Below are positions 51,086 through 64,000 of a DNA stretch of 64,000 nt, in pieces. The translations under genes and the position numbers were made by a program. Within the stretch, counting starts at the first letter, position 1. Each line of letters starts with the position of its first letter. The notes under the pieces were generated by a model. The model had not been told where the DNA came from and made no database searches. It saw only the letters and a program-made list of their open reading frames with translations. Origin of the DNA: Mobula hypostoma (taxonomy: Eukaryota); the NCBI RefSeq assembly GCF_963921235.1, contig NC_086108.1, positions 63,614,001 through 63,678,000 on the forward strand, read 5' to 3'.

Positions 51086-54000
51086 CAGGATGATAAACTT
51101 ATGGTACACGTGCCCAAGATGGCACATGCAAAATTTTTGTTAGCATGTGACATTCAGTGCCATTCCTCTATCCTTTAAACCCCACCCATTATAAAAAGAT
51201 ACATAATGATTATCTTTACCACCAAATGAAGTAGCAAAATATTTTTTACAACCAAAGAGAAACCATAGAAACACTACAGCACAGAAACAGGCATTTTGGC
51301 CCTTCTTGGCTGTGCCGAACTATTTTCTGCCTAGTCCCACTGACCTGCACACGGACCATATCCCTCCATACACCTCCCATCCATTTATCTGTCCAATTTA
51401 TTCTTAAATGTTAAAAAAGAACCCGCATTTACCACCTCGTCTGGCAGCACATTCCATACTCCCACCATTCTCTGTGTGAAGAAGCACCCCCAATGTTCCC
51501 TTTAAACTTTTCCCCCCTCACCCTCAAGCCATGTCCTCTGTTTTTTTTTCTACCCTTTTGTCAGTGGACAAAGCCTGCTTGCATTCTCTCTGTCGAAACC
51601 CATCATAATTTTATATACCTCTATCAAATCTCCACTCATTCTTCTACGCTCCAGGGGATAAAGACCTAACCTATTCAACCTTTCTCTGTAACTGTGTTTC
51701 TCAAGTCCCGGCAACATCCTTGTAAACCTTCTCTGCACTCTTTCAACTTTATTAATATTCTTCCTGTAATTTGGTGACCAAAACTGAACACAGTACTCCA
51801 GTTTCGGCCTCACCAATGCCTTATACAACCTCATCATAACATTCCAGCTCTTATACTCAAAACATTGATTACTAAAGGCCAATCTACCAAAAGCTCTCTT
51901 TATGACCCTATCTACCTGTGACGCCACTTTTAGGGAATTTTGTATCTGTATTCCCAGATCCCTCTGTTCTACTGCACTCCTCACTGCCTTACCTTTTACC
52001 CTGTATGTTCTAGCTTGGTTTGTCTTTCCAAAGTGCAATACCTCACACTTGTCTGTATTAAACTCAATCTGCCATTTTTCAGCCCATTTTTCCAGCTGGT
52101 CCAAGTCCCTCTGCAGGCTCTGAAAACCTTACTCACTGTCCACTACACCTCCAATCTTTGTATCATCAGCAAATTTGCTGATCTAATTTACCACATTATC
52201 ATCCAGATCATTGATACAGATGACAAATAACAATGGACCCAGCACTGATCCCTGTGACACACCACTAGGCACAGGCCTCCACTCTGAGAAGCAATTCTCT
52301 ACTACCACTCTTTGGCTTCTTCCATTGAGTCAATGTCTAATCCAATTTACCACCTCTCCATGTATACCTCGCGACTGAATTTTCCTAACTAACCTTCCAT
52401 GCAGGACCTTGTCAAAGACCTTACTGATGTCCATGTAGACAACATCCACTGCCTTCCCTTCATCCAATTTCCGGGTAACCTCCTCGAAAAACTCAATAGA
52501 TTGGTCAAACATGACCTACCACGCACAAAGCCATGTTGACTCTCCCTAATAAGTCCCTGTCTATCCAAATGCTTGTAGATTCTGTCTCTTAGTACTCCCT
52601 CCAAAAACTTACCCACTACTGACGTCAAACTTACCCGTCTATAATTTCCGGGATTACTTTTCGATCCTTTTTTAAACAACGGAAAAACATGAGCTACTCT
52701 CCAATCCTCCAGCACCTCACCCGTAGACACCGACTTTTTAAATATATCTGCTAGGGCCCCTGCAATTTCAACACTAGTCTCCTTCAATGTCCGCGGGAAT
52801 ACCCTGTCAGGTCCTGGGGATTTATCCACTTTAATTTGCCTCAAGATAGCAAGCACTTCCTCCTTTTCAATCTGTACAGTTTCCATGATCTCACTACTTC
52901 TTTCCCTTAATTCCATAGACTTCATGCCAGTTTCCTTAGTAAATACAGATGAAAAAAACCCACTTAAGATCTCCCCCACTTCTTTTGGTTCCGCACATAG
53001 CCGACCACTCTGATCTTCAAGAGGACCAATTTTATCCCTTACAATCCTTTTATTCTTAATATATCTGTGAAAGCTCTTTGGATTATCCTTCACTTTGACT
53101 GCAAAGGCAACCTCATGTCTTCTTCTAGCCGTCCTGATTTCTTTCTTAAGTATTTTCTTGCACTTTTTGTACTCCTCAAGCACCTTATTTACTCCCTGTT
53201 TCCTATACATCATGCAACTTCCTTCTTCTTTATCAGAGTTGCAATATCCCTTGAGAACCAAGGTTCCTTATTCCTATTCACTTTGCCTTTAATGCTAACA
53301 GGAACATACAAGCTCTGCACTCTGAAAATTTCTCCTTGGAAGGCTTCCCACTTACCGATCACATCCGTGCCAGAGAACAACCTGTCCCAATCCACGCTTT
53401 TTCGATCCTTTCTCATTTCTTCAAATTTGGCCTTCTTCCAGTTCAGAACCTCAACCCTAGGACCAGATCTAACCTTGTCCATGATCAAGTTGAAACTAAT
53501 GGTGTTATGATCGTTGGAACCACAGTGCTCCCCTACACACACTTCCGTCACTTGTCCTAACTTGTTTCCTAACAGGAGATCCAATATTGTATGCCCTCTA
53601 GTTGGTACCTCTATATATTGATTTAGAAAACTTTCCTGAACACATGTTACAAACTCTAAACCATCTAGATCCCTAGCAGTATGGGAGTCCCAATCAATAT
53701 ATGGAAAATTAAAATCCTCGACCACCGCAACTTTATGTTTCCTGCAGTTGCCTGCTATCTCTCTGCAGATTTGCTCCTCCAATTCTCGCTGACTATTGGG
53801 TGGTCTATAATACAACCCCACTAATGTGGCCATACCTTTCCTGTTTCTCAGCTCCACCCATAAGGACTCAGTAGACAAGCCCTCTAATCTGTCCTGCCTG
53901 AGCACTGCTGTAAGATTTTCCTTGACAAGCAATTCTAGCCCCCCAACCTTTCATTCCTCTGCCTCTATCACATCTGAAACATCGGAACCCTGGAATATTA

Positions 54001-55162
54001 AGCTGCCAGTCCTGCCCCTCCTGTAGCCAAGTTTCACTAATTGCTATAACGTCATAATTCCACGTGTCAATCCACGCCCTCAACTCATTTGCCTTCCCCA
54101 CAATACTCCAAGCACCTCAGAAGATTTTTACCACCACCCACAATCTTTCTATTTTTTTTGCTTGAATTTTTAACATCATTCATTTTCACCCCAGCTACAC
54201 TGTCAGCTCTGGCACTCTGGTTCCCATCCCCCAGCAAATCTAGTTTAAAGCCTCCCAAACAGCACTAACAAACCTCCCTGAAAGGATATTGGTCCCCTTG
54301 TATTTCAATTGTAACCCATCTCTCATGTACGGGTCCCACCTGCCCCAGAAGAGGTCCCAATGATCCTGAAATCTGAAACCCTGCCCCCTACACCAGTTCC
54401 TCAGCCACTTGTTCATCCTCCAGAGCATCCTATTCCTACCCTCACTGGCATGTAGCACAGGTAGCAATCCTGAGATTACCACCCTCATGGTCCTGCTTTT
54501 CAACTTCCTACCAAGCTCTCTATACTCACGTGGAAGTGAGATGTATTCACAGGAAATGCCTGATTTCACACTGGTTGCAAGAGCAGGTAACATTGAATGG
54601 TAGGTTTTGAAATACCTACAAATCGGGTGGACACACCAGTATTCGATTGGTAAATGATTGGACCAATTGGCATAGGTTCTGGTTTGCTTATAGTTTTTCT
54701 TCTGCCACTTGTGAGTGAACACTGGATATTTGGTGATAATAATGGTAAATACTGCATGAGATTTAGTGACTCCATGAATATTTGTTTTATCAGAATAACA
54801 TATTTACATTAGTAAAACTATGCTATTTAAGTTTATTGATGAAATATTTTTAAATTGTGCTTACTCTTCTTGACATGTTCAGAACGTCAGATACACCAGC
54901 AAAGAAAGTAAAACATTCAAACGATGAGAGAGGCAGCAGAGATTTTCAAGAGTGGTAGAGTGAAGGATTTGGCATAATTAAAAATGGTGATAAAGCACAT
55001 GAATATGCCACAAGACTCATCCTTTTCCTTTAAGAATTTCATAATTATTGTTAGCAATTCAGTAATCAATGATTATCTCTGCTGAAAATTACCTTGGTTT
55101 GCAAGAGAACTTTCTAGATTAGATTAGTGCCAACACAGTCTCTGAAAGGGTTGCCACCCCTA
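51086..55162 (+). mobile_element. Decayed hAT/Charlie-type DNA transposon split by a CR1 insertion
   Basis: Left end caggatgataaacttatggtacacgtgcccaagatggcac, right end agggttgccacccct, and a transposase-like N-terminal remnant near 54900-55000. Confidence 0.55.
51258..54529 (-). mobile_element. CR1 LINE (ORF1 esterase C-terminus plus frameshifted ORF2), 5'-truncated
   Basis: ORFs 53868-54101, 53210-53932, 52389-53261 and 51550-52104 carry APE and RT motifs; the tail is at about 51258. Confidence 0.92.
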
Positions 55163-56128
55163 AAGATTTATACAGGACAACATTGTGTTCAGTGTATCTT
55201 GTTGATGACAATCAGGGTGTCTTCATGAGCTGATCCCATTTGTCTGCATTTGACTCATATTTCTTGAAGTCTTTCCTATCCACATACCTGTCCAACTGTC
55301 TTTTAATCATTGTAATTATACCTGCATACATCACATCATTGGCTGCTCATTCTATATAACCCCCACCTTGCCTCTCAAACCATTAAAACAGTCGACATTT
55401 CGGGCCAAGACCCTTCCTCAGGACTGGAGAAAAAAGATGAGGTTCGAGCAAGAAGGTGGCGTGGTGGGGGAGGGGGCATGTAGCGGGGGAGGATGGAAGA
55501 AGAGGAAGAAATACAAGGTCGTAGGTGATAGATGAAACTTGGACAGAAGGAGGGGAACTCTTTCACCAATCAACAATCAACTTCCCAGCTCTTTATTTCA
55601 CCCCTCCCCTGCTTCTGGTAAACATAAAATACAAATAGATACATGTTTACTAATGTTCTTAAGGTGTATTTGCCAGGTCCAGGTGGAGGTCAAAATAGAT
55701 CTATTAATTGCCAAGTAATTCGAATGGATCAGGCAAAAAAATAGTGACAAATGAAAAACATACATTCATTTCACACCTGAAATAAATAGAACAGAAGATC
55801 TTCTAAATTATAAAAGCCTTACATGAATGGAAGTGCAGACAGATGCACAGAGATTATTAGAATCTTATGTATAGGTAAAGAAAGGAATCCAGCAGCCTAC
55901 TGAAATGCTGGATTTTACTTATGAATAATTAGTCACAAGTATGTGTAAGTAATGGATGTCCAGACCCTATACCCCTCCACTGTCCATCAGGAGGACTTCA
56001 AATAATACAATGTTTATTTCAAAGCATCCTACTTCAGCAGGGAAATATTGACCGTGAAGCAAAGAATGTAGTGTAGATTTATGATGACGATAGCTGAGTT
56101 CCAAGGTTTAAAACATAAGGAGAGATTA

Positions 56129-56630
56129 GGCTCAGTGGCCAGTTTATCAGATACAGGATTAGAACCCAGTGTTGTCTTCTGCTGCTGTAGCCTATCAACT
56201 TCAAGATTCAACATGGTTATTTGAGTTACTGCTGCCTTCCTGTCAGCTTGAAACAGTTGGACATTCTCCTCTGACCTCTCTGATTAACAAGTTGTTTTTA
56301 CCTACAGAATTGCCACTCACTGAGTGATTTTTGTTTTGATTTTTGCACCATTCTCTGTAAATTCTAGAGACTGTTGTGTGTTAAAATCCCAGGCAATCAG
56401 CAGTTTCTGAGATACTCAAACCACCCTGTTTGGCACCAACAATCATTCCACGGTTAAAGTCACTTAGATCATATTTTTTCCGCATTCTGATGTTTGGTCT
56501 GCACAACAACTGAATCTCTCGATCATGTACGCATGCTTTTGTGAATTGAGTTGGTGCCACATGATTGGCTGATTAAATATTTGTATTAATGAGCAGGTGT
56601 ATATCTGCATCTAATAGTGTGGCCGCCTAG
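56129..56630. mobile_element. Non-autonomous Tc1-type element inside an old CR1 relic
   Basis: Imperfect inverted ends ctcagtggccagtttatcagataca and tgcatctaatagtgtggccgcctag. Confidence 0.55.
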
Positions 56631-56929
56631 TCTATGTTGTATTTATCAAAGTTTTCACATAATAAAGAAATTGTCAGGGGCATGGGAGAAACAATATCTG
56701 CTGTTCGGGGAGCTTTTTGGTTGGAAGAATAATTTAAAAGTTTGATCTTGAAAAAATGAAGTTAGGAAACACTTCAAAGTGAAAAGTGTAGTGAAAGTGT
56801 AAAACTCTCTTGTGATGCTGGGTCAGGTAAGCTCTGCTCACTTTGGATGAAATAAGATTTGTTTGCTGCTTAAATCAGTCAAGGCTATAAGGTTGTCCTA
56901 ATCTTTTCATTTAATGTTCCTTTCTACAG

Positions 56930-57106
56930 CTATATAATTCATTTCCAAAATTAGTGAGACATCTGCCAGGCCCACATAATGATCTATTTGCCTCAATGAA
57001 AAGTTTAGAGGACCTTTTCCAAAAGAACATCAAGCAGCACCAGGAGAGTTTGAACCCAACAGAACAAAGGGATTTCATTGACTGCTTCCTTTTACAAATG
57101 CAAAAG
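56930..57106 (+). CDS. CYP2 copy B exon 5
   Basis: Paralog of 44-220 with 4 substitutions and intact splice sites. Confidence 0.95.
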
Positions 57107-59686
57107 GTGAAGTTTTATGTAAACTTAAATTTTGAGATAGGAGGAATAGAAAGGGTGAATATTGTTTAAAGAGAGTGAGTAAAGGACACTATTACAGAGG
57201 AATTCTGGGTGTTCTCAGATAGGCCACGTAGCTTGTCAGTGAGTAGTTAAGAAGGCATTTATAATTCCTATTTTTGTGGCAAAGGTGCTGAAGTACAGAA
57301 ATTAAGAAGTCTTGCTAGAACTGTACAGGATGTTGGTAAAATCATGCTTGACATACCCTTTATTATGTACGGATATGCTTACATCAACATAGTTTTAAGA
57401 AGTTGAACTGGGTGCATCTCTGGGTGGAAATAAATCTGTTATGTGGAAAGGTTGAAGTACTGATGAGACTTCAGGAGAATAAATATGGGGCATCATTTCA
57501 GAATAAGTGTCACCTATTTAAGATTGAGGTGAGGTGGATTTTCTGCTCTGTGAATCAGGAATATTTAGAACATTCACAGCCAAGGCAGCCTAATATTAGA
57601 TTGATAAGGCAGTTGAGGATCATGTGGAATTGGCAGAGCTGGACTATTAGATCAGCCTAGTTTGTAGCCAGTGTCTGGAGGGTTCATAGGACCGACTCCT
57701 ATTGCTCTGTTCTCATGCCCCTATTTCCAACTTTCTTGATTCTGTTATAAAATTTTTGTTGACCTTTATCAGGACTCTCATCCTAACCAGGACGATCACA
57801 AAGAGTATATCTATGGCATTGTTTCAGAAATGCGAAAATTAAAAAAAAATCCAGATGCTAGAAAGCTGAAGAAAAATCTCAGAAGGCGGGAACCTCTCAG
57901 CAGGTCAGGCGGTATTTGTAGAAAGAGAAACTGTTAACATTTCAGCCAAAGATCAATCATCAGGGTTACGTGGTATTTTGGATTGCGGGGTGTAGATATG
58001 TCTCTATCATAAGAGGTATGAGGTGCTCCTTCCCTCTGCCAGCCTGCAGCTCACCTTTGGGCATGGTGAAACATCTGCTTAGCTCCACAATCAGGGTCAC
58101 GTGAGGCCATGGGACCAAGTGATGGATGGTCGTATGAGCAGCTGGTGCGTATATCAAGTCTCAGTTATAGGATTACTGACACCAGGCAAATAATCTCTGA
58201 AGAGTATTGGTAATGGCTGGGGTCACGTTTCTTGTAAAGACGCTGTCCAGAAGGCAATGGCAAACCATTTCTGTAGAATATGCCAAGAAGAATAATGGTC
58301 ACAGACTATGATCGCCCACGTCATACAACATGGCACATAATAATGATAATGACAAGGAATTAAAAATAATGACATGACCAATTCTGATAAAGGTCATAGA
58401 ACTGAGAATTTTATAGTGTTTCTGTTTTGACATATTCTGAGTACTTCCAACATTTTTGGATTTGTTTTAGAAGCATGTCTTGCAGTGGTGTCTGGCAAAG
58501 CTATTTCCCATGGTAGGGGATTCTAGGACAAGAGGGCATGACTCCAGGATTGAAGGATGTCCTTTTAGAACTGAGATGTGGAGAAATTACTTTAGTCAGA
58601 GGGTGCTAAATCTGTGGAATTTGTTGCCATGAGCGGCTGTGGAGGCCAAGTCATTGAGTGTATTTAAGGCAGAGATAGACAGGTTCTTGATTAGCCAGAG
58701 CATCAAAGAGTATGGGGAGAAGGCAGAGGAGTGGGGATGACTGGAAGAGTTGGATCAGCCCATGATTGAATGGTGGAGCAGATTCAATGGGCTGAATGGC
58801 CTACTTCTACTCCTATATCTTATGGTTTATGGTCTAAGCAAAGGGAAAGTTATCACCTTCTAGTTGTCCTTAAATATTTTGATTTCCTATTGTCCTTTAA
58901 AACAGACATACAAGGCTTTCTTTCACAATAAAACTCCCAGTGTGAATCTTTGTTCAAAGGTGCTAAAGATTGAGGTTGTGGAATAGGGAGCAGTAAGTTT
59001 AAAAGTACTGATACATCAGATTTTGGAAGCAAAAATCCTCAAAGCATTCTGAGAATTTTAAAGTCGCTTATTTTTCTGATATTAATCGCACAATGTCCCT
59101 TAACTTCCTGAAAACCTAATTTTGAGTTAGTTGTGAAATATTCACATTCCCTTGCATCAAAATGCAGAGAATTTCTGTTTGTTAATAAATCTACTCACAA
59201 CTAACAAATACTTTGGTTTAACTCCACTACTCTTCAGATTTACTATGTTTTCTGTTAAAACAAGCTTAGAATGAGTCCTAGTTAATCCACCTATTTACTC
59301 CAAGACACCAATTCTAGAACCATATTGACCCAGCAAACTTCCTATTACCAGAGCAGGCATCGGTTAAGCTAGTGGCAAACTGATCCAAACACCTTATTAG
59401 TCTGCAAGCAGGCACTGGATTCCACTCAAATCAAAAGAATGAGTGGAGCTGTGACTTTGCACCCTTGTTGATCATTGAGAGAACAGACACACAGGGTGGG
59501 TTTGCCATCTTTGCTCAAACAACCAGCAGTTTATTATAGCCAGCTGTAATCACCCACTCTCATTAACTCCTGGTACAACAGGCTCAGTGGGTGAGGTTGC
59601 GCCATGTAACCAGGAAAGCTAAAGCTGAAACTCATTACATATCACTTAAATCTGTTGTCACTTTAATATATTTCTTGCTGTTTAAG

Positions 59687-59822
59687 GCTGCTCCTAACTC
59701 TAGTTTTGATGACCAAAATCTGCTGTATACATCATTGGATCTTTTCTTTGCTGGATCTGAGACGACAGCTACCACATTACTTTGGGCACTGCTGTACATG
59801 GCAGGGTATCCAGACATTCAAG
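59687..59822 (+). CDS. CYP2 copy B exon 6 (I-helix)
   Basis: Identical to 2805-2940, splice sites intact. Confidence 0.95.
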
Positions 59823-60833
59823 GTGAGTAACTCAGGAGAAATTTAGGAAGTTCTCGATTTCTGCCTATGATTTTTGAATTTCTGTGATTATACTTAATGA
59901 AGCTATGGTCTTCCCAGTGCAACCTAGTCTACATTGGTGAAACCCGACGTGGATTTGGGGGGACCACTTGACCGAGCACCTTCACTCCACCGGCAACAGG
60001 GAGGATTTCCCATTGTCCATCCATTTTAATTCCACTCCCCATTCCCATTCCAACACACTGGTCCAGGGCCTCCTTTCCTGCCATGATGAGGCCACTCTGA
60101 GGTTGGAGTAGTAACACCATTTGGATAGCCACCAACCCTTCGGTATAAACATTGATTTCTCCCCCCTCCTCCTCTTCCATTCCCAATCCTAGCTCCCCTC
60201 TTACTCCTCTTCTTCTCACCTGCCCATCACCTCCCCCTGGTGCCCGTCCTCCTTCCACTTCTCCCATGGGATCTGTTCTCGTATCAGATTCCTCCTTCTT
60301 CAACCCTTCAGCCATTCTGTCTCTCACGTCCAGGCTTCTCATTTGATCTGTCCTCCCTCTCCACCTACCTTCCCCTCAGCTGGATTTACCTATCATCTGC
60401 CCCACCAAAATTATACCTGCATACCCTTGTCCCACCAACATTATATCTGCAGACCTCTGCCTACTGAAATCATATTTGTATACCTCACCTCTGTTTTATC
60501 TCTTCCCCCCAACCCAGTTTAATCTCTTCCTACCTACATATGTGACACTTTACACACTCTGGATCTTTTCAACGGCTTCAAGTTCCCTGGCTCTGATCAT
60601 CTTATTTTCACAATGGATGTCTCGATTCTATACACCCCCACCCCTCATCAGGAGGGCCTCAAAGCTCTCTGACAACAGACCTAACTTATTGCCTCCTCCA
60701 TCTGACAAAAACGGTCCTCTCTCAATAATTTCTCCTTTGGCTCCTCCCACTTCCTTCAAACCAAAGGTATAGCCATGAGCGTTCGTATGGGTCCCAGCTA
60801 TGACCGCCTGTTTGTCCGCGACACGGAACAGTA

Positions 60834-61353
60834 CGAGGGGTGATTGATAAGTTAGTGGCCTGAGGCAGAAGGAGTCAATTTTAGAAAACCTAGCACATTT
60901 ATTTTCAACATAGTCCCCTCCTACATTTACACACTTAGTCCAGCAGTTGTGGAGCATACAGATCCCTTGAAGAAGTCGGCGTCTTGGACCTCCAGAAAGT
61001 GGTCCACAGCAGGGGTGATTGATAAGTTCGTGGCCTAAGGTAGAAGGAGATGAGTTATACAGCTCTCCTTACATGCACGTGCAGTTCCACTCTCTGAGTG
61101 ATAATGCAGAAAGTTTGAAGTTAATAACTCATCCCCTTCTAACTTAGGGCACAAACTTATCAATCACCCCTGCTGTGGACCACTATCTGGAGGTCCAAGA
61201 TGCCGACTTCTACAAAGAAGGGATCCATATGCTCCAGGACCACTGGACTAAGTGTGTAAATGTAGGAGGGGATTATGTTGAAAAATAGATGTGCTTGGTT
61301 TTCTAAAATTGACTCCTTCTATCATGGGCCACGAACTTATCAATCACCCCTCG
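60834..61353. mobile_element. Paralogous copy of the palindromic mariner-type MITE
   Basis: Same TIRs, with perfect CGAGGGG/CCCCTCG ends and TA flanks. Confidence 0.9.
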
Positions 61354-63656
61354 TATGTTCCAGACCTACACCAATATCACTGCCCAACTTTTCCTATGCT
61401 GGATCAATGACTGCATTGGGGCTGCTTCCTGCACCATGCTGAGCTTGTCAACTTCATCAACTTTGCCTCCAACTTCCACCCTGCCTTCAAATTTACCTGG
61501 TTCATTTCTGACATTTTTCTTCCCCTTCTCGATCTCTCTGTCTCTGTCTCAGGAAACAGTTTATCTACTGATGTCTTTTATAAATCCACTGATTCTCACA
61601 GCTTACTGAACTACTTTATACTTTATTGTCGCCAAACAGTTGATACTAGAACGTACAATTATCACAGCGATATTTGATTCTGCGCTTCCTGCTCCCTGGA
61701 TTACAAATTGATAGTAAATATTAAAAATTTAAATTATAAATCATAATTAGAAAATAGAAGAATGGAAAGTAAGGTAGTGCAAAAAAACCGAGAGGCAGGT
61801 TTGGATATTTGGAGGGTACGGCCTCGATCCGGGTCATGATCCATTCAGTAGTCTTATCACAGTTGGAAAGAAGCTGTTCCCAAATCTGGCCATACTATAC
61901 CTCTTCCCACCATGTCACTTGTAAAAATGCCATCCACTTCTCTCAGTCCAATTACCACTGCATCTGCTCTTAGCTCACGATAAGGTTTTTCATTCCAGAA
62001 CTAATTAAATGTCCTCCTTCTTCAAAGAAAGGGGCTTTCTTTCCTTCACCAAAAATGCTGCTCTCACCCACGTCTCTTCTATTTTGCGCATATCTGCCAT
62101 ACCACCAGGGATAGGGTCCTCACCTACCACCCCACTAGCTTCTCTGCCCAGCACATAATTCTCCGTAACCTCTGCCATCTCCAATGAGATTCCACCACCA
62201 AGCACATCTTTGCTCTCCCCCAACTTTCTACTTCCCACAGGGATTGTTCCATACGTGACTCCCTTGTCCATTTGTCCCTCCACACTGATCTCCTTCATAG
62301 TACTTACCTTTGCAAGTGGACAAGTGCCACACCTGCCCCTACACCTCCTTCCTCATTACCATTGAGGGTCCCAAACAGTCCTTCCAGGTGAAGTGATATT
62401 TCACCTGTGAGTCTGTTGTGGTCATCTGCTGTATCCGGTGTTCCCAATGTGGCTGCCTCTACATCGGTGGGATCCAACATAGATTGGGAGACCGCTTCGC
62501 CCAGCACCTGTGCTTCATCCGCCTGAAAAAGCAGGATCTCTCAGTGGCAACCCATTTCAGTTCACCTTCCCATTCCTATTCTGACATGTCAGTCCATGGC
62601 CTTCTCTTCTGCCACGATGAGCCCACACTCAGATTGGAGGAGCAACTCCTTTTAGCCAGACGGTGATGAACCTGTGGAATTTTTTTCCCATGGGCAGCTG
62701 TGAAAGCCAATTCTTTATGTATATTTAAGGCAGAGGTTGATAGATTCTTGATTAGTCAGGGCATGAAGAGATACGGGGAGGAGGCAGGAGATTTGGCTGA
62801 GAGGAAAATTGGATCAACCATGATGAAATGGCAGAGCAGACTCGATGGGCCAAATAGCCTAATTCTGCTCCTATATCTTATCGTCTTATGGTCTTCTAGT
62901 CTGTCTTGGTAGCCTCCAACCTGATGGTGTGAATTTCCAGGAATTGCACCCACCCTCTCCTTCACCATTCCCCACTCCTGTTTCTCTCTCTCACCTTTTC
63001 TTCTTACCTGGCAGTCACCTCCCTCTGGTGCTCCTCCCCCTTCCCTTTCTTCCGTGGTCTTCTGTCCTCTCCTATCCGATTACCCCTTCTCTAGCGCTTT
63101 ATCTCTTACACCAATCAACTTCGCAGCTCTTTACTTTGCCCACTCCCCACTGCCAGTTTCACCTATAACCTACCACCTTGTGCTTCTACCTCCCCCACTT
63201 GCTCTGACTTCTCATCTCTTTTTTGCAGTCCTGACGAAGGGTCTCGGCCCAATCATCAACTGTTCACTCTTTTCCGCTGATACTGCCTGGCCTGTGTGTG
63301 TTGCTTGGATTTCCAGTATCAGCAGATTTTCTTGCATTTTTGGTTTCCGTATCACCTTCGAGCTTGTACTCCTTCTCCTCACCCCACTGCTTTCCTTTCC
63401 AGTTCTGTTGAAGTGCCTCAGCCCCAAAACAGCAGCTCTTTATTCCCCCCCATAAATGCTGCCTGACCTGCTGAGTTCCTTGAGTATTTTGTGTGTGTTA
63501 CTATGATCTTGCCTGATTTTAAATTGGTGAACAGTGATGATTTGTACCAAGATACCATATGTACTAACGTATTGGTGCTGTGAGATATTGATACTTAGAA
63601 TGATCTAAGAAACATAATTTGGAAAATTAACACTAAAGAAAAATGTTATGAAGAAT

Positions 63657-64000
63657 GCCTGCAATCACCGTTTTTTTGACTTTGTCATGTTAGGCAAAGA
63701 TCGCAAGATCTTACATCTACGGACTCCAGAGCCTGCCGGCCCCGATGCTAGCAGGCATGAACTTTCAATTGCGGTTTCTGCCATTGATCTCGGCGGCTCC
63801 AACACCTCAGGACATATTCAAAACCCGGACTCCAGCAACGACCATGGACACATTCGAAGTGATTACGCAACCACCAACTGCAACTCCAGCCTTGAACTCC
63901 AGGCCGGGTCTTCATGTGCTGCTGTTGTGACTCCCGTCTCCCCTTCCCCCACCACCACTCCGCAGCCCCGTCTTCCTCAGATCCCACCGTCAACTCCTGA
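63657..64000 (+). mobile_element. Copy-B-specific Penelope-like insertion (runs off the window)
   Basis: Breaks the duplication alignment. Open frame ACNHRFFDF...PVSPSPTTT shares a motif with the Penelope relic at 26692-27240. Confidence 0.65.

Larger units (their letters stand above)
41072..59822 (+). pseudogene. CYP2-family cytochrome P450, copy B (exons 1-3, 5, 6 seen; exon 4 not found; 3' end beyond window), possible pseudogene
   Basis: Exons of 204, 163, 150, 177 and 136 bp with canonical splice sites. Exon 3 ends in phase 1 and exon 5 starts in phase 0, with no exon 4 found between them. Confidence 0.6.
56887..63656 (+). repeat. Segmental tandem duplication, copy 2 (partner 1-6778)
   Basis: Starts ataaggttgtcctaatc, as at position 1. 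Similarity stops abruptly after ...aatgttatga(a/c)gaat. Confidence 0.97.

Noticed and set aside
54240..54722. 160-aa ORF as a novel fusion gene
   Set aside because: Chance read-through from hAT non-coding sequence into a truncated CR1 ORF1.
55040..55085. IIIVSNSVINDYLC as a possible exon 4 remnant
   Set aside because: It is followed by a stop, lacks the PFDP and FGxRF motifs, and lies in the hAT subterminal region.
56790..56832. Possible 3' end of exon 4 (SESVKLSCDAG...cag|gtaagc)
   Set aside because: The frame needed for a phase-0 donor contains TAA, and the region matches a decayed CR1 3' end.

Overview
Eukaryotic, repeat-rich vertebrate DNA. The repeat content (CR1, Rex1-like and L1 LINEs, abundant Penelope-like elements, a V-SINE remnant) suggests a cartilaginous fish, probably a ray; this is an inference. 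The host content is a head-to-tail tandem array of CYP2-family cytochrome P450 genes on the + strand with a period of about 56.9 kb. Copy A (exons 5-9, 44-18160) looks disabled, with an in-frame TGA at the K-helix ExxR arginine and an R->C change in the heme-binding motif. Copy B (exons 1-3, 5 and 6, 41072-59822, running off the window) has no recognisable exon 4 and lacks the conserved B-C loop arginine. Positions 1-6778 and 56887-63656 are paralogous and alternate between fully identical tracts and diverged patches, which suggests gene conversion. The rest is nested transposons: a full-length L1 with a 15-bp TSD, a 5'-truncated L1, two long CR1s, Rex1-like LINEs, a solo LTR, Tc1 and hAT relics, a palindromic mariner MITE and many Penelope-like fragments. 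Several Penelope fragments carry intact minimal hammerhead-ribozyme motifs, including a TSD-flanked fold-back mini-element.
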